Below are positions 18,786-28,567 of a stretch of 64,000 nt of DNA, in pieces. The notes under the pieces were generated by a model. That model made no database searches, was not told where the DNA came from, and worked only from the letters and a program-made list of their open reading frames with translations. The position numbers and the translations under genes are program-made. Within the stretch, counting starts at the first letter, position 1. Each line of letters opens with the position of its first letter. The stretch comes from a virus (Duplodnaviria > Caudoviricetes): positions 1-64,000 of IMG/VR virus record IMGVR_UViG_3300047160_003616; one strand, given 5' to 3'.

Positions 18786-19247
18786 TCAGCCATAGCCCTG
18801 CGCCCGAAACTTCACCTGCAGGGCTTCGGTCGCCTGGATGACGGCTACCCAGCGCGGGTAGAAGAACAGCTTGGCCTCGGTAGTCAACGGGTGGTGACAG
18901 TGCCCGCAGACCAGACAGACCTCACTGGCCAGCCCTTCTTCGCCATTCTGGTCACGGTAGTGTCCAGAATCGTAGATAGTGTGCTGTATGCCGTAGTGAT
19001 CTACTCGCATTAGCGGGCGGTGACAGCCGGGGCAGTCGGGGGGATTGTCGATGGTCACTGTGAACCCCAATTCCGTTGGGATCGGTAGCCGGGGTGGCGG
19101 CCTAGAACAGGGCATGAACACCATCGAAGTGCCTGTTGTGGCCGCCTGGGACAAGTTGTGCACGCACCCCGCGGGGCCGGTCTTATTGGCCGCCGCGGAG
19201 GCGGCGGCGCTGCTGGATCTGATCGTGGCCTGGCACTGGGAGCGCAC
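18786..19247 (-). CDS. Zinc-ribbon protein (true start uncertain, probably downstream of 19247)
   Basis: CPGC...CGHC in the C-terminal two-thirds. Confidence 0.5.
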   Translation of the reverse strand: MRSQCQATIRSSSAAASAAANKTGPAGCVHNLSQAATTGTSMVFMPCSRPPPRLPIPTELGFTVTIDNPPDCPGCHRPLMRVDHYGIQHTIYDSGHYRDQNGEEGLASEVCLVCGHCHHPLTTEAKLFFYPRWVAVIQATEALQVKFRAQGYG

Positions 19248-19697
19248 CTAGTCATGCGGCAGCAATTCGCTTAATGCCTGCTCAGAGGGCGTGACGTGGT
19301 GGCGCATCTGCTCGATCATGGCGGCTCTGGTGTCCACGGCCCGGACGAACTGCAGGGCCGCAGTGCACACCTGGGTACGCTTGTGCGCGGTCGGCCACTC
19401 CTGATAGTCGGCGACGGCGGTTTTCAGCTTATCGAAGAGATTGGGTTCGGTCACGTTTGCAGCCTCCTGAGAGCCTCTGTGCGCCACGAGACTGCGCCGA
19501 TGACTCACCATGTCATTCAGGTCTTCAAATTCGATTGTGGTGCGATTCCAGCCGCTGTAGAGGGCATATCTGGCCAGGTGCTCCACCGTGGTCTGGCGGG
19601 AAACGGCATAGCTGCTGGCCCACCAGGTCTGCCCGAGCGGGTCGGTGTAGCCCCAGGAGGACCCGTCGGGGGCCATGCCGTGCAGGGTCCAGGTCAC
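19248..19697 (-). CDS. Hypothetical protein (possibly two fused genes)
   Basis: An internal CAGGAGG-N8-GTG suggests a second start. Confidence 0.55.
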   Translation of the reverse strand: MTWTLHGMAPDGSSWGYTDPLGQTWWASSYAVSRQTTVEHLARYALYSGWNRTTIEFEDLNDMVSHRRSLVAHRGSQEAANVTEPNLFDKLKTAVADYQEWPTAHKRTQVCTAALQFVRAVDTRAAMIEQMRHHVTPSEQALSELLPHD

Positions 19698-19819
19698 GAC
19701 AGCAGCCCTATCGTCAACCCGATACTCAGGCCCAGCAACACCCCAGACAGGAAGAACAGCGTGATGACTAGGGCGAATCCGCCCCAGGTGGCGCTGTAGC
19801 CAATGCGAGGCTCGGTCAT
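19694..19819 (-). CDS. Small membrane protein
   Basis: MTEPRIGYSATWGGFALVITLFFLSGVLLGLSIGL; GTGA overlap. Confidence 0.55.
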   Translation of the reverse strand: MTEPRIGYSATWGGFALVITLFFLSGVLLGLSIGLTIGLLS

Positions 19820-20216
19820 ATCCAGGTCTTCCTGTCTGGGGCCATGCCGTGCAGCGTCCAGCTCACTGGTGGGGCTCCTGGGTGAACGCTTTGACCTGGG
19901 CAAGGGCTTCCTGAGCCATGTCCTTGTAATGGCGGGCCAACAACGCGAAGCCGCCCGACACCAGTGCCGCAGTGGCCGCAAATGCCGCGCAAACCCAGCT
20001 GGCCGCGGTCATGACGCGGCCCCCCGAGGGGGCCGCCAGTCCTGGGGCACCACCGGGGTGAACAGGGGTTTGTCGCTCATTGGCGTTCTCCGTAATTGAC
20101 CGGGGCCAGTGGGGCTATCGGGGGGTGGATGTCGGGGTGGGCCTGGTCGTCCAGGGCGATGACGGCCCCGAGGACGATGCCCGCGGCCACCACCCAGAAC
20201 ACCACCCTCCACCAGG

Positions 20217-20405
20217 TCACGGGCCGATTTCGTCACCGTTGGCGATCTCGGACAGCAGGGCGTCGAGCACATTGGCCAGTGCCAGGATCATCTGCCAGGC
20301 CCCGGCCGGGGTTTTGCTCGCCGCTTGCAGCTCGGTGTAGTCGCGCAGGGTGTCGCGCAGACCCCGCAGCTTGTCCTTGTCCACCATGACCAGGCGTTCA
20401 CCCAT
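20217..20405 (-). CDS. Hypothetical protein
   Basis: Start follows a hairpin-embedded GGAGG. Confidence 0.55.
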   Translation of the reverse strand: MGERLVMVDKDKLRGLRDTLRDYTELQAASKTPAGAWQMILALANVLDALLSEIANGDEIGP

Positions 20406-20607
20406 GCACCGTCGCCCCCTCCGGGGGCGAGGGCGGACGCTGGGCAACCAGCAGCCCGCACAGCGCGTCCAGAAGGCCCGACAACAGCAGCTGAGTGCCC
20501 AGGGGATGGTCGCAGTCGTCCTCCCACTGCTGCAGCGCCGTGCGGGCCCGGAGGTAGTGATACAGGGCGGTTTCCTGCGTGATCGAGGGCCGCGGCATGA
20601 AGCTCAT
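20398..20607 (-). CDS. Hypothetical protein
   Basis: ORF in the operon chain. Confidence 0.55.
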   Translation of the reverse strand: MSFMPRPSITQETALYHYLRARTALQQWEDDCDHPLGTQLLLSGLLDALCGLLVAQRPPSPPEGATVHG

Positions 20608-20610
20608 GGT

Positions 20611-20910
20611 CTACGATCCCATGTTCGCCAGCTCGGCGACGGGGCAACGGACGGTGACTTCGTTGCCGTCGGCCCTGGTCATCTGCACGGTGCGGTGCCA
20701 GTGCAGCGACCCCTGTGAGGTCATCTGGCACAGCGGGCAGGTGTAGGAGGGGGCCCCCTCCGGGGGCCCGCTCGACAGCTCGACGGGGGCGCGCAGGTCG
20801 TCGGAAATGCGCTCGGACAGCTCCACCAGGGCGCGGGCCTCGTCGGGGTGGCCGCCCTGCAGGTACATGGCCGCGGTCAACAGCAGCTCGACATCGTGGC
20901 CGGTCATCAT
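20611..20910 (-). CDS. Hypothetical protein with CPLC motif
   Basis: ORF in the operon chain. Confidence 0.55.
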   Translation of the reverse strand: MMTGHDVELLLTAAMYLQGGHPDEARALVELSERISDDLRAPVELSSGPPEGAPSYTCPLCQMTSQGSLHWHRTVQMTRADGNEVTVRCPVAELANMGS

Positions 20911-21397
20911 CTCAGCGGTCCTTGTACAAGAGCCAAAAGGCCAGGTAGGAGAGGGCGAGGATGATCAGAAGCACGATGATCGTGGCCCCCACCGAGGTCA
21001 TTATTCCTGCTCTTGGGGGCGCTGTCGTGACGGGCGAAACGGGCTCGGCGTGTCACTAGATAGCCTTTCTATGAACCTCAAAAAATACTGCGCATTGGGG
21101 GATGACCACCCCGGTGCCCTCGCCTCGGCGACCGGAGTCCCAAAAGGACAGGGGCTTTCGGGAAACGAGGGGTGATCGGAGGGCCGGGGGTGTGGGTGCG
21201 GAGGGCCGCCAGCAAAGACTGTTTTCCCAGGACATGCGAACTAGCTGAAAAAGAGTTCGTTCAGCAAACTTTTGCGTTTTCATGTGTTGATCATCCAGCA
21301 AACATTTTTGGATGGTGCCCATCTTCTCTGGGCTGACCTGCATAAACAGTGTTTCGACATGAGTCGAAGAGAACTATATATAAAGGGCCCGAAACGC

Positions 21398-22030
21398 TCA
21401 TGCCGACTGACTTCCAGCAAGCTGGCGCTCCTTGAGCAGGTGCCAGGTACTCAGCTTCAGCTCGGTCCAGAGGCTGGGATCGGGGGTGAACTCGGGCGAG
21501 GCCCCCGCCGGGGGCCAGCCGACAAAGGCCAGGACGGCGTCCCCGGGGCGGCGCAGGTGCACCGGATACGCCTTGTCGTAGGTCCACAGGGTATCGGGCA
21601 TGCCGGGCACGTAGCGCACGGCACTGGGGATCTCCCGGCACCGGCCGAATAGCTTGTTGACCTCGGAGTTCTTCTCCATCAGGGTGTAGCGCCGCGGGAC
21701 CAGGATGCCCTGCTTGTTCAGCCGCCACCACCGTGGCGGGGCTCCCATGTTCCTGGGCGGGACCAGTCCCACCAGGTAGGCATCGCCCAGGGAGGACACT
21801 CGGATGGACTCGGCGCGGTTGGCGTGCCGGGTGCGCTTGGGCAGCCCGGAGATCCGGTAGAGCTTGTCCATCCGGTTGCGCCAGGCCTTGTGGTCGCGCT
21901 GAAAAGCGTCCCAGCCTGCGAGAACCTCGGGGGCAATGGAGTACCACCAGGCCGCGGGGGTGTCCCCGGGCGGTAAGGGGCCGATCATCTCGGCCAGGTC
22001 GGCGAGGTTGTCGGTGAGCGGCAGCGTCAT
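21398..22030 (-). CDS. Hypothetical protein (210 aa)
   Basis: Long ORF with RBS GGAAGAG. Confidence 0.7.
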   Translation of the reverse strand: MTLPLTDNLADLAEMIGPLPPGDTPAAWWYSIAPEVLAGWDAFQRDHKAWRNRMDKLYRISGLPKRTRHANRAESIRVSSLGDAYLVGLVPPRNMGAPPRWWRLNKQGILVPRRYTLMEKNSEVNKLFGRCREIPSAVRYVPGMPDTLWTYDKAYPVHLRRPGDAVLAFVGWPPAGASPEFTPDPSLWTELKLSTWHLLKERQLAGSQSA

Positions 22031-22051
22031 TCAACTCTTCCTTAGCGCTAG

Positions 22052-22256
22052 TCTTAAATCCCTTATAGCACAAGGGATTTAAGATCTATTGCGGCACAAC
22101 GGATTTCATCCGTTGCCGCAAGCTCCTCTCTCCTGGCGTCAAATCCCTTGCGGCGCAAGGGATTTCGTTTCTCAATTGTGTTGTGGGACAACACAATTGA
22201 GAGCAGCCCCTCCGGGGCTGCCAGCGACTGAAAATGCGCCGTGCGCATCGCCAGTC
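22052..22256. repeat. Cluster of 5-6 consecutive inverted repeats, including two AAATCCCTT-N7-AAGGGATTT palindromes
   Basis: Stems at 22052-22084, 22089-22121, 22141-22165, 22170-22202 and 22203-22221 read directly. Confidence 0.85.
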
Positions 22257-22287
22257 GGCGGGGACTCGGGCGTGTTGCATTGGAGTG

Positions 22288-22659
22288 TCATAAGCGCTCC
22301 GGGGGGTCTTCCCCGAACAGTAAGCGATGTCCTTCAGCAATACGCTCGCGTTGTTCCTGGTCAGCACGTCCGCGGGGGATAGGGACATTGGCGTCGTCCA
22401 GGGCGTATTCCAGGTCCTTAATGCGGTTCTCCATGAGGTTGAACAGGTCGTGTGCTGCTAAGAAGCGGTGTTCAATGCCTTCGGCCGAATTTGTGTCGTG
22501 GTGTAAGAACCAGATGCCACTGCCTACGGCCACTCCGGTCATCAGGCCAATGGCGAAGCTCACGAGCAGGGACGGCACCAGGTGCAACTGCCACAGCTGC
22601 CAGGTGGCCAGTGTGGCGATGCCGCTGCAGGTCAGCCACCAGGCCTGTTTTCGGCTCAT
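22288..22659 (-). CDS. Membrane protein
   Basis: Two N-terminal hydrophobic helices; ATGA overlap. Confidence 0.65.
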   Translation of the reverse strand: MSRKQAWWLTCSGIATLATWQLWQLHLVPSLLVSFAIGLMTGVAVGSGIWFLHHDTNSAEGIEHRFLAAHDLFNLMENRIKDLEYALDDANVPIPRGRADQEQRERIAEGHRLLFGEDPPERL

Positions 22660-22901
22660 TGGAATGCCGCCGGGGGGTCGTCGGGGTTGGGGTGAGGATT
22701 GTCGGCCAGCCAGTCGGAGAGGGGATAGGCCCAGGCCATGTCATCGGTTTCGGGCTTGGGGTTCTCGGCCCGAATCTGGGTAAGGAGTGCTTCCATCCGC
22801 CGCCGTTGTGCGCGGGTGTAGAGCGCACCGGCGAGGGTGATCAGGGTGGCACCGGTGGCGATCCAAATGACGATCCAGTCGACGCTACTCAGGGCGCTCA
22901 T
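22656..22901 (-). CDS. Membrane protein
   Basis: N-terminal TM followed by RRRMEALL. Confidence 0.65.
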   Translation of the reverse strand: MSALSSVDWIVIWIATGATLITLAGALYTRAQRRRMEALLTQIRAENPKPETDDMAWAYPLSDWLADNPHPNPDDPPAAFQ

Positions 22902-23054
22902 GTGATCCGCCCCCCTTCGGGGGGCCAGTGGCCAGGGCTGACAGCAGTGCCTTCATGGCGGTGATGTCCTTGGTGATGCGGTCCAGGTAGAAGGCCATGA
23001 TCCAGACGCTGACCAGGATGATGACGGCCACGATGAGGGTCAGGACGGTGGTGC

Positions 23055-23291
23055 TCACAGGCTCATCTCCCCGGCTGCCAGGGTGGCGGTGATGAAGTGA
23101 CTGATCCAGCGCAAGGTGGTCTCGGCCAGGTGCCGGGCCTCCACCGCGGTGCGACTGTCGGTGAGAAAGGCTTGGGTGAGGGCAATGGTGGCCATCTCAA
23201 AGGCGTGCTTCTGCTCGGTGAGGGCGTGCTGTTTGGCCTTGTCGTAGTAGCTCTCTAAGGCCTTGTCGAGAGCATCGGGGTGCTCGGTCAT
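23055..23291 (-). CDS. Hypothetical protein
   Basis: ORF in the operon chain. Confidence 0.6.
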   Translation of the reverse strand: MTEHPDALDKALESYYDKAKQHALTEQKHAFEMATIALTQAFLTDSRTAVEARHLAETTLRWISHFITATLAAGEMSL

Positions 23292-23481
23292 TTACGGCTC
23301 CCGATGGGGTCGTTGGTGGTTGTCGGCCGCGGTGTCATCGGCCGCCCAGAAGCGCTGTTTGGCCAGCTCGTAGGCCTTCTCACTGAACCGGGTGGAATCC
23401 CGGCTCTTAGCATCGAGGATGCCGATCTCGATACCCACCTGGCGGATCAGCTGGTCGATCCGCTCGTGCAGGTAGGACTCT

Positions 23482-23694
23482 TCAGATGTCTTCGGCGAGG
23501 TCATCGTCCTCCAACTCTTCCTCCTCGGCGACAAAGGCGCGCAGGGATTCGGCGATGTCGATCAGGGCATGGGCGATGGCCGCCAGGGGACCGGTGTCAA
23601 CGATCAGGGCCCTTTTGGCGGCGGCGAGATGATCATCGGTGGTCACCGCCTGTAGTTGACGCTTTATCTCGGTGAAGTCCTGCTGACGAGTCAT
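23482..23694 (-). CDS. Hypothetical protein with acidic tail
   Basis: RBS AGGAAA before MTRQQDF. Confidence 0.55.
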   Translation of the reverse strand: MTRQQDFTEIKRQLQAVTTDDHLAAAKRALIVDTGPLAAIAHALIDIAESLRAFVAEEEELEDDDLAEDI

Positions 23695-23816
23695 TTTTCT
23701 CCTATCGCCGCTTGCGGTACGCATTGCGTCCCCAGATCGCCAGCTGGGTCATGATCGCCCCGAACAGGCCGCCCACCAGAAACTCTGCCCAACTCATAGC
23801 ACTCCCTGTCTGGCCG

Positions 23817-24218
23817 TCATGCGGGTAGCGCCGGTCTGCTGGGGGCCGGGCAGCCGTTGGTGTACTGCACCAGGGCAATGGCCAGGCACAACCCGCCCAG
23901 AACGAGGCCCAGGACGAACAGCGCCCAGAGCACATACACGAAGCGCTTGCGCCAGCGGATCAGCTCCTGGTGCTGGGCATCCTCAGTGGGAGTATCGGCG
24001 GCGATCAGGTCGTTCAGCTCGTCGGCCATGGTCTCGGTCAATTCCTGGGCCGGGGTCTTGGGCAGCACGTCGGTGGCGTGCGGGTCCGGGCCGTAGTACA
24101 TCCGCTGGTGGTCGCGCAGCTGCTCATGGCGGCCCAGCGGCGCATCCTCGGGCACCTCGATCACGTCGATCACGGTGTCGGTGTCGTCCTGTTCGACGGG
24201 GACGCTATGTCTGCCCAT
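23817..24218 (-). CDS. Membrane protein
   Basis: MGRHSVP start; C-terminal TM FVYVLWALFVLGLVLGGLCLAIAL. Confidence 0.65.
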   Translation of the reverse strand: MGRHSVPVEQDDTDTVIDVIEVPEDAPLGRHEQLRDHQRMYYGPDPHATDVLPKTPAQELTETMADELNDLIAADTPTEDAQHQELIRWRKRFVYVLWALFVLGLVLGGLCLAIALVQYTNGCPAPSRPALPA

Positions 24219-24472
24219 TAGCCGGGGCCCCCTCCGGGGGCCCGAGAGCGGTGCTGTCCATCCTCGTTGGCCTCCTGGGCTTCTAACATCTCGGCCAGAT
24301 TTCTCAGCCGGGCCTTGGTCTCCTTGTCGGCACCCTCCCAGTCGGCCTCGATGACCAGGGCGCACTGGTAGCGCTCGCCTGCGCGATAACGGCGCATGCT
24401 GCGGTCGCCACCGTCGTAGACCACGTAGTTATCCCTGGTCAGCACGATGGGACGGTCGTCGGGGGTGCTCAT
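24218..24472 (-). CDS. Hypothetical protein
   Basis: ATGA overlap at MSTPDDR. Confidence 0.6.
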   Translation of the reverse strand: MSTPDDRPIVLTRDNYVVYDGGDRSMRRYRAGERYQCALVIEADWEGADKETKARLRNLAEMLEAQEANEDGQHRSRAPGGGPG

Positions 24473-24774
24473 GCCGCGGCCAGCTCCTCTTTCCACTTGC
24501 TGATCTCCATGCTGACCGGGTCCTCGCCGCTTTGCGCCTCGTCCAGCTCGGCGGTGACCTGCTCCAACTCGGCATGCCCGATGGTCTCGGCGATCACCTC
24601 GCCCTCGATGTCGGGGAGGGTGATGGTGGGGTCGTGACCGGTCATGTCCAGGTCGATCACCTTGCGGTGCACGCGGGACATGGCGATGCGCAATAGCTGC
24701 AGCTCCTCGGTGAAAAACTGCCGGTCGGCATGCTCAGGGGTATTGGCGGGCAGGTTGTCAGCAGTGTCGGTCAT
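24469..24774 (-). CDS. Hypothetical acidic protein
   Basis: CAACCAGAAGGAATCG upstream. Confidence 0.7.
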   Translation of the reverse strand: MTDTADNLPANTPEHADRQFFTEELQLLRIAMSRVHRKVIDLDMTGHDPTITLPDIEGEVIAETIGHAELEQVTAELDEAQSGEDPVSMEISKWKEELAAA

Positions 24775-24798
24775 TCGATTCCTTCTGGTTGTGTTGTT

Positions 24799-25188
24799 TC
24801 ACGTGAAACCCTTCAGAACTGCCTCACGCAGTCGATAGCCTATGGTTCCCGGCACAAGATTGTGGATGTCATTGGTGGCTAATGCCAGCATCGACTCCAT
24901 ACCGCCAATGATGTGCTGAGCTGCAGTTATCGCCTCCTCGTAGACAACATCGGTGAACCACTCCCGGCCGCCGGTGAGCGGCTCACCATGACGAGTGGCC
25001 CAGGTGATGAGCTGCTCCTCAGTCCTCTCAGTGCTGTCATGGGGCTCGGAGACCCAATGACGCAACATCGTGAAATGACCAAGGTTCTTGGCCTCCTTAC
25101 GCAGCACTGCAAAGCGGGTGGAGGGGTTGTTAGTGCGGCCCACTTTGGTCACACCATCGGCAAACGCTGCCACATACAGGTGGCCCAT
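24799..25188 (-). CDS. T5orf172/GIY-YIG-like domain protein
   Basis: HLYVAAF...TKVGRTNNPSTRF...E..L...GREWF pattern. Confidence 0.75.
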   Translation of the reverse strand: MGHLYVAAFADGVTKVGRTNNPSTRFAVLRKEAKNLGHFTMLRHWVSEPHDSTERTEEQLITWATRHGEPLTGGREWFTDVVYEEAITAAQHIIGGMESMLALATNDIHNLVPGTIGYRLREAVLKGFT

Positions 25189-25684
25189 TCTATTGCCCTT
25201 CCCGCGCCGAGGAGTGATGGACTCATTTTACATGCTCCACAGGGTGTGGCGTGAACAGATGGGGCAGATGGGATGCGTGATAAAGATGACATCTGGAACA
25301 CTTGCTATAACTTTTCTACACGCTGTGGCTCGTGCTGACGGGACAGTCGGTTAGAGGGATGAGTGGGTGGGCCGGTGGTGCCTGCGTGAGAGTCGTGCTT
25401 GTGGGTGCGGTACTCATAGGCCAGCTGGGTGAGGATCTGCAGCAGGATGATCGGCTCAAAGCGATGGTTGAGCGGGTCCGCCAGGATCTCCTCGGCCTGA
25501 GCCAGCAAGGAGTCCAGGGAGTGTGGATCGTGCTGGGGTGCCACGGGCATCGGTCGGGTTCCTTTGGCAGTAGTCGGCCAGGACTAGGGCCACCAGGGAC
25601 AGGTCTTCGGGCCCTGAGTGCTCCACGGTGCCCCGAACCGGGGGGTGGTGGGGTGAGAGGACTTCGTAGGCATAGACCGGGTCT

Positions 25685-25900
25685 TCACGGGGCAGCTGGG
25701 ACAGGCGGCGAATAGAGAGGGAGCACATCGGTGACCCCTGCCGCATCACATCGCAGTACAAGCTCATTGAACTGGTGGCGCAGCTTGGCCTGCTCCCAGG
25801 CCAGCAACGCGATGTCGGCGCGGTAGGTGTCCACCGGGCACTGGTGCAGATGCTCCACCCGATAGAACCGGCGGTAGTAGTCGGCCAGAGTGGCATCCAT
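25685..25900 (-). CDS. Hypothetical protein
   Basis: TGATG overlap. Confidence 0.55.
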   Translation of the reverse strand: MDATLADYYRRFYRVEHLHQCPVDTYRADIALLAWEQAKLRHQFNELVLRCDAAGVTDVLPLYSPPVPAAP

Positions 25901-26190
25901 CAGGCATCAGCGGGTTCGGGGGTCTTGGCCGTAGCCTTCTTGGCGGGTTCCTCCTTGGGGGTGCGCATGGAGGCGTGGATCTTGCCGATGACCTGTTCGT
26001 AGTCCTCCATCACGTTGAAGGTGACACCAGAGGGCAAAGTGATCTGCGAGCCCGACCAGGCGATGCTCACCGACACCCCCTGGGTGGCCACATCGGGGCG
26101 CATGGACTTGCGCGGTTTGACGGCCACGATGGCCCCGGGGTTGATGGCCACCGGGGGGTTGCCGGTGTCGGCCAGGGTCAGCTGAATCAT
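25900..26190 (-). CDS. FlbD-like small beta protein
   Basis: MIQLT...VAINPGAIVAV...V.EDYEQV resembles the FlbD family pattern. Confidence 0.5.
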   Translation of the reverse strand: MIQLTLADTGNPPVAINPGAIVAVKPRKSMRPDVATQGVSVSIAWSGSQITLPSGVTFNVMEDYEQVIGKIHASMRTPKEEPAKKATAKTPEPADA

Positions 26191-27038
26191 TGGCGCTGTC
26201 TCCATGCTCGTTTGATGTTGGCCTGCAGGATGTTAACCAAGTCTTCGGCGTCATCGGGATCGAGGTTGAGGTTGCCGCCCGCGTCCAGCTCAAAGCCGCG
26301 CAGCTGCACCCAGCCGTTGTCCACGGCCACCGCGGGCAACGGTGAGGGCACCCGGGGCAAAAACTCGGTGAGGGAGGAACCCTTGTGCAGGGCATACCAC
26401 TTGTCGGCCAGCTCCTCAGCCGGGGTGCTGGCCTGGGCATTGGCGAGGTCGCGGTGCAGCTGGTCGATGTCGATGTCGGATGACATGTAATCGGAGGCTC
26501 CCGGCATCTGCTGGGGCTCATCGGTCAGCTCGATGCCGCCGGGCGGGGTAAGGGTGGTGGTCTCGGTCACCGTCCAGCCCTCGGGCAGCTGGACCGCGGT
26601 GACTTTGGCCCCCGGGGTGGCTTCGCCTTCGCTCATCATCTCCACCGGGTTGACCTCCATCGGCAGATCGCCCACCGAGCGCACCCCGGCGGCGGCGGCC
26701 AGCCCACCCAACAGCGAAGGGTCGCCGGTGTCGGCCGGTGCCGGGCCGCCGGGGCGCGTTTCTAGCGGAATGGAGCCCATCACCGCGTCCCGCTCGCTGG
26801 TGTAGTCCACGGGCCCTCCGGGCCCGCCCTGATCTATTCGCTTGACCATTTGCAGCCTCTTCTCGCGTTCCTTTTCCTGCACTCGGGCGTGGTAGGCATC
26901 ACAACAGCGTTTGTGCCCGACCCGCGGGCCGCCCAGCACGATGGTGCCGATGGCCTCGCCCTCGTTGATCTGTTTGCCGCAGATGCTGCCCGCGGCGTCG
27001 GGGATCGTGCAATTGCCCATGCCCTTATCCCAGCTCAC
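26187..27038 (-). CDS. Hypothetical protein with N-terminal Cys/His cluster
   Basis: 283-aa ORF; ATGA overlap. Confidence 0.7.
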   Translation of the reverse strand: MSWDKGMGNCTIPDAAGSICGKQINEGEAIGTIVLGGPRVGHKRCCDAYHARVQEKEREKRLQMVKRIDQGGPGGPVDYTSERDAVMGSIPLETRPGGPAPADTGDPSLLGGLAAAAGVRSVGDLPMEVNPVEMMSEGEATPGAKVTAVQLPEGWTVTETTTLTPPGGIELTDEPQQMPGASDYMSSDIDIDQLHRDLANAQASTPAEELADKWYALHKGSSLTEFLPRVPSPLPAVAVDNGWVQLRGFELDAGGNLNLDPDDAEDLVNILQANIKRAWRQRQ

Positions 27039-27231
27039 ATTTCACCCCTTGCCTGGATTAGAGGTTGGCTGTAGGTAGCCTAGTGCACCCGGTCGGGGTG
27101 CCGCGTCAGTTCCTGGCGGTGCTTTTCGCACGCCCAGTACGGCTTGCCGCCGATCATGATTAGCATGGTCCCGGCGAACGGGCAGCCCGGGGCCACGCAG
27201 TCGGCCTGATGCGGGTGCTTGTCGGAGTAGT

Positions 27232-27657
27232 TCACCTCACCTCCTCGACGGCGGTCTCATAGCCCATCTTCTGAAAGATGGCGGTCAGCGTGTCCACGGC
27301 CTCGGGGGTGGTGCAGTGCACCCGGATGGAGCGGCCCTCGGGCTTGTGCGCGACGAAGTAGGTGCCCGGCTCGCCGAGCGGGGAGGGTTGCGGCAGCCTG
27401 GCGGCCCCCTGGGCCTCCTCGCGGGTGGGATGCACGCCGATCAGCTCCCAGCCGCCGTCGGGGCCTTTGGCCCAGTACTGCCAGCCGTCCTCGCCGTCGT
27501 GGGTGAGCACCACGTGCTCGCGGTCCTCGGTGGCCCACAGCTCCTTGAGCCCGGCATAGGAGAACCGGTGACCCTCGATCTCGGGCCGGGTGGCCCGGGT
27601 GGAGGCCCGCAAGGTGCGCGCCATGCCTTGGTTGAGCGGGTGCTTCAGGAAGCGCAC
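27232..27657 (-). CDS. Hypothetical protein
   Basis: 141-aa ORF with GAGAGG RBS. Confidence 0.6.
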   Translation of the reverse strand: MRFLKHPLNQGMARTLRASTRATRPEIEGHRFSYAGLKELWATEDREHVVLTHDGEDGWQYWAKGPDGGWELIGVHPTREEAQGAARLPQPSPLGEPGTYFVAHKPEGRSIRVHCTTPEAVDTLTAIFQKMGYETAVEEVR

Positions 27658-27726
27658 TACGGCCTCTCGGGATCGTAATGCCGGATCAGCCAGGCCAGGA
27701 TGAACAGGGCGATCAGCGAGGCGGCC

Positions 27727-28215
27727 TCACCCGGTTCCATGCGCCTCGCCCTGATCGTGAGCGGACTCGGTGGGCCTGGGTTGGTCGTCCTCGGTCTCGG
27801 CCTCGGTGGGGGCGGCCTGGTCGTCCACCTGGTGCACCCGGTAGGGTAGCTGCTCCTCCTCGGTGGGCTGGCGCTCGTTGGCCTCCTCGGCCAGCGCCTT
27901 CTTGGCCTCCTCATCGCGCACCTGCTCGCGCCATTCGGCCACCCTGACGATGTTGTCCTGGTAGTCCTTGAGGATCAGTCCGAAGGCGGCCACCCACGCG
28001 AGCACGGCATTGATCCACTTCTCGGTCGCCGCGTTGATGCCGGGCATGGTGACCACGGTGTTGGCCAGCACGATGCCCATGGTGAACAACGCCAGAAACA
28101 GGCTCCAGTGCTCGGCGAGCCAATATGGGGGCGGGCCTTTGGTGGCGAACCATTTGGGCAGCTGGTGGTTACCGATGTCCCCGCCCTCGTCATCGGCGCG
28201 GTGGGTCACCGGCAC
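27727..28215 (-). CDS. Two-TM membrane protein (holin-like topology)
   Basis: Two hydrophobic helices followed by a charged tail. Confidence 0.55.
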   Translation of the reverse strand: MPVTHRADDEGGDIGNHQLPKWFATKGPPPYWLAEHWSLFLALFTMGIVLANTVVTMPGINAATEKWINAVLAWVAAFGLILKDYQDNIVRVAEWREQVRDEEAKKALAEEANERQPTEEEQLPYRVHQVDDQAAPTEAETEDDQPRPTESAHDQGEAHGTG

Positions 28216-28384
28216 ACCACCTCGGGGTCACTGGTGGTGTCCACCAGGAACCGGCCCAGCAGGAAGTAGATGGTCACGAAGCTGACGCCCCAAGCGGCAG
28301 CGAGGATGCCCAGCCCGATGATCAGGTCTTTGAGCATGGCCGCCTCCTCACCTTTTCTGTGGGCTCGGAGGCTGTTTTGCAGGG

Positions 28385-28531
28385 TTAATTCCGATAGAAG
28401 ATATGCACGAGATGAGTGGGGTGGTGGGCCTCATGAAATGCCGCATAGTCTTCCAGCCGGTCGACGCTGTAGCTGCGCCAGTCCCAGCCGCAATCGAGAC
28501 AGACAGCATCGTTCAGGGGTAGTTCCCTCAT
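28385..28531 (-). CDS. Small CxxC/His-rich protein (48 aa)
   Basis: Manual translation MRELPLNDAVCLDCGWDWRSYSVDRLEDYAAFHEAHHPTHLVHIFYRN. Confidence 0.5.
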   Translation of the reverse strand: MRELPLNDAVCLDCGWDWRSYSVDRLEDYAAFHEAHHPTHLVHIFYRN

Positions 28532-28567
28532 ACCCGGAAAGAACGGCGCACCTCATGAGTTTGTCCA

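Noticed and set aside
21140-21170. Hammerhead-like stem GTCC-CAAAA-GGAC and a CAGGGGCTTT match to the guide tail
   Set aside because: The CUGAUGA/GAAA core is absent, the tail match is on the opposite strand, and no pentamers accompany it.
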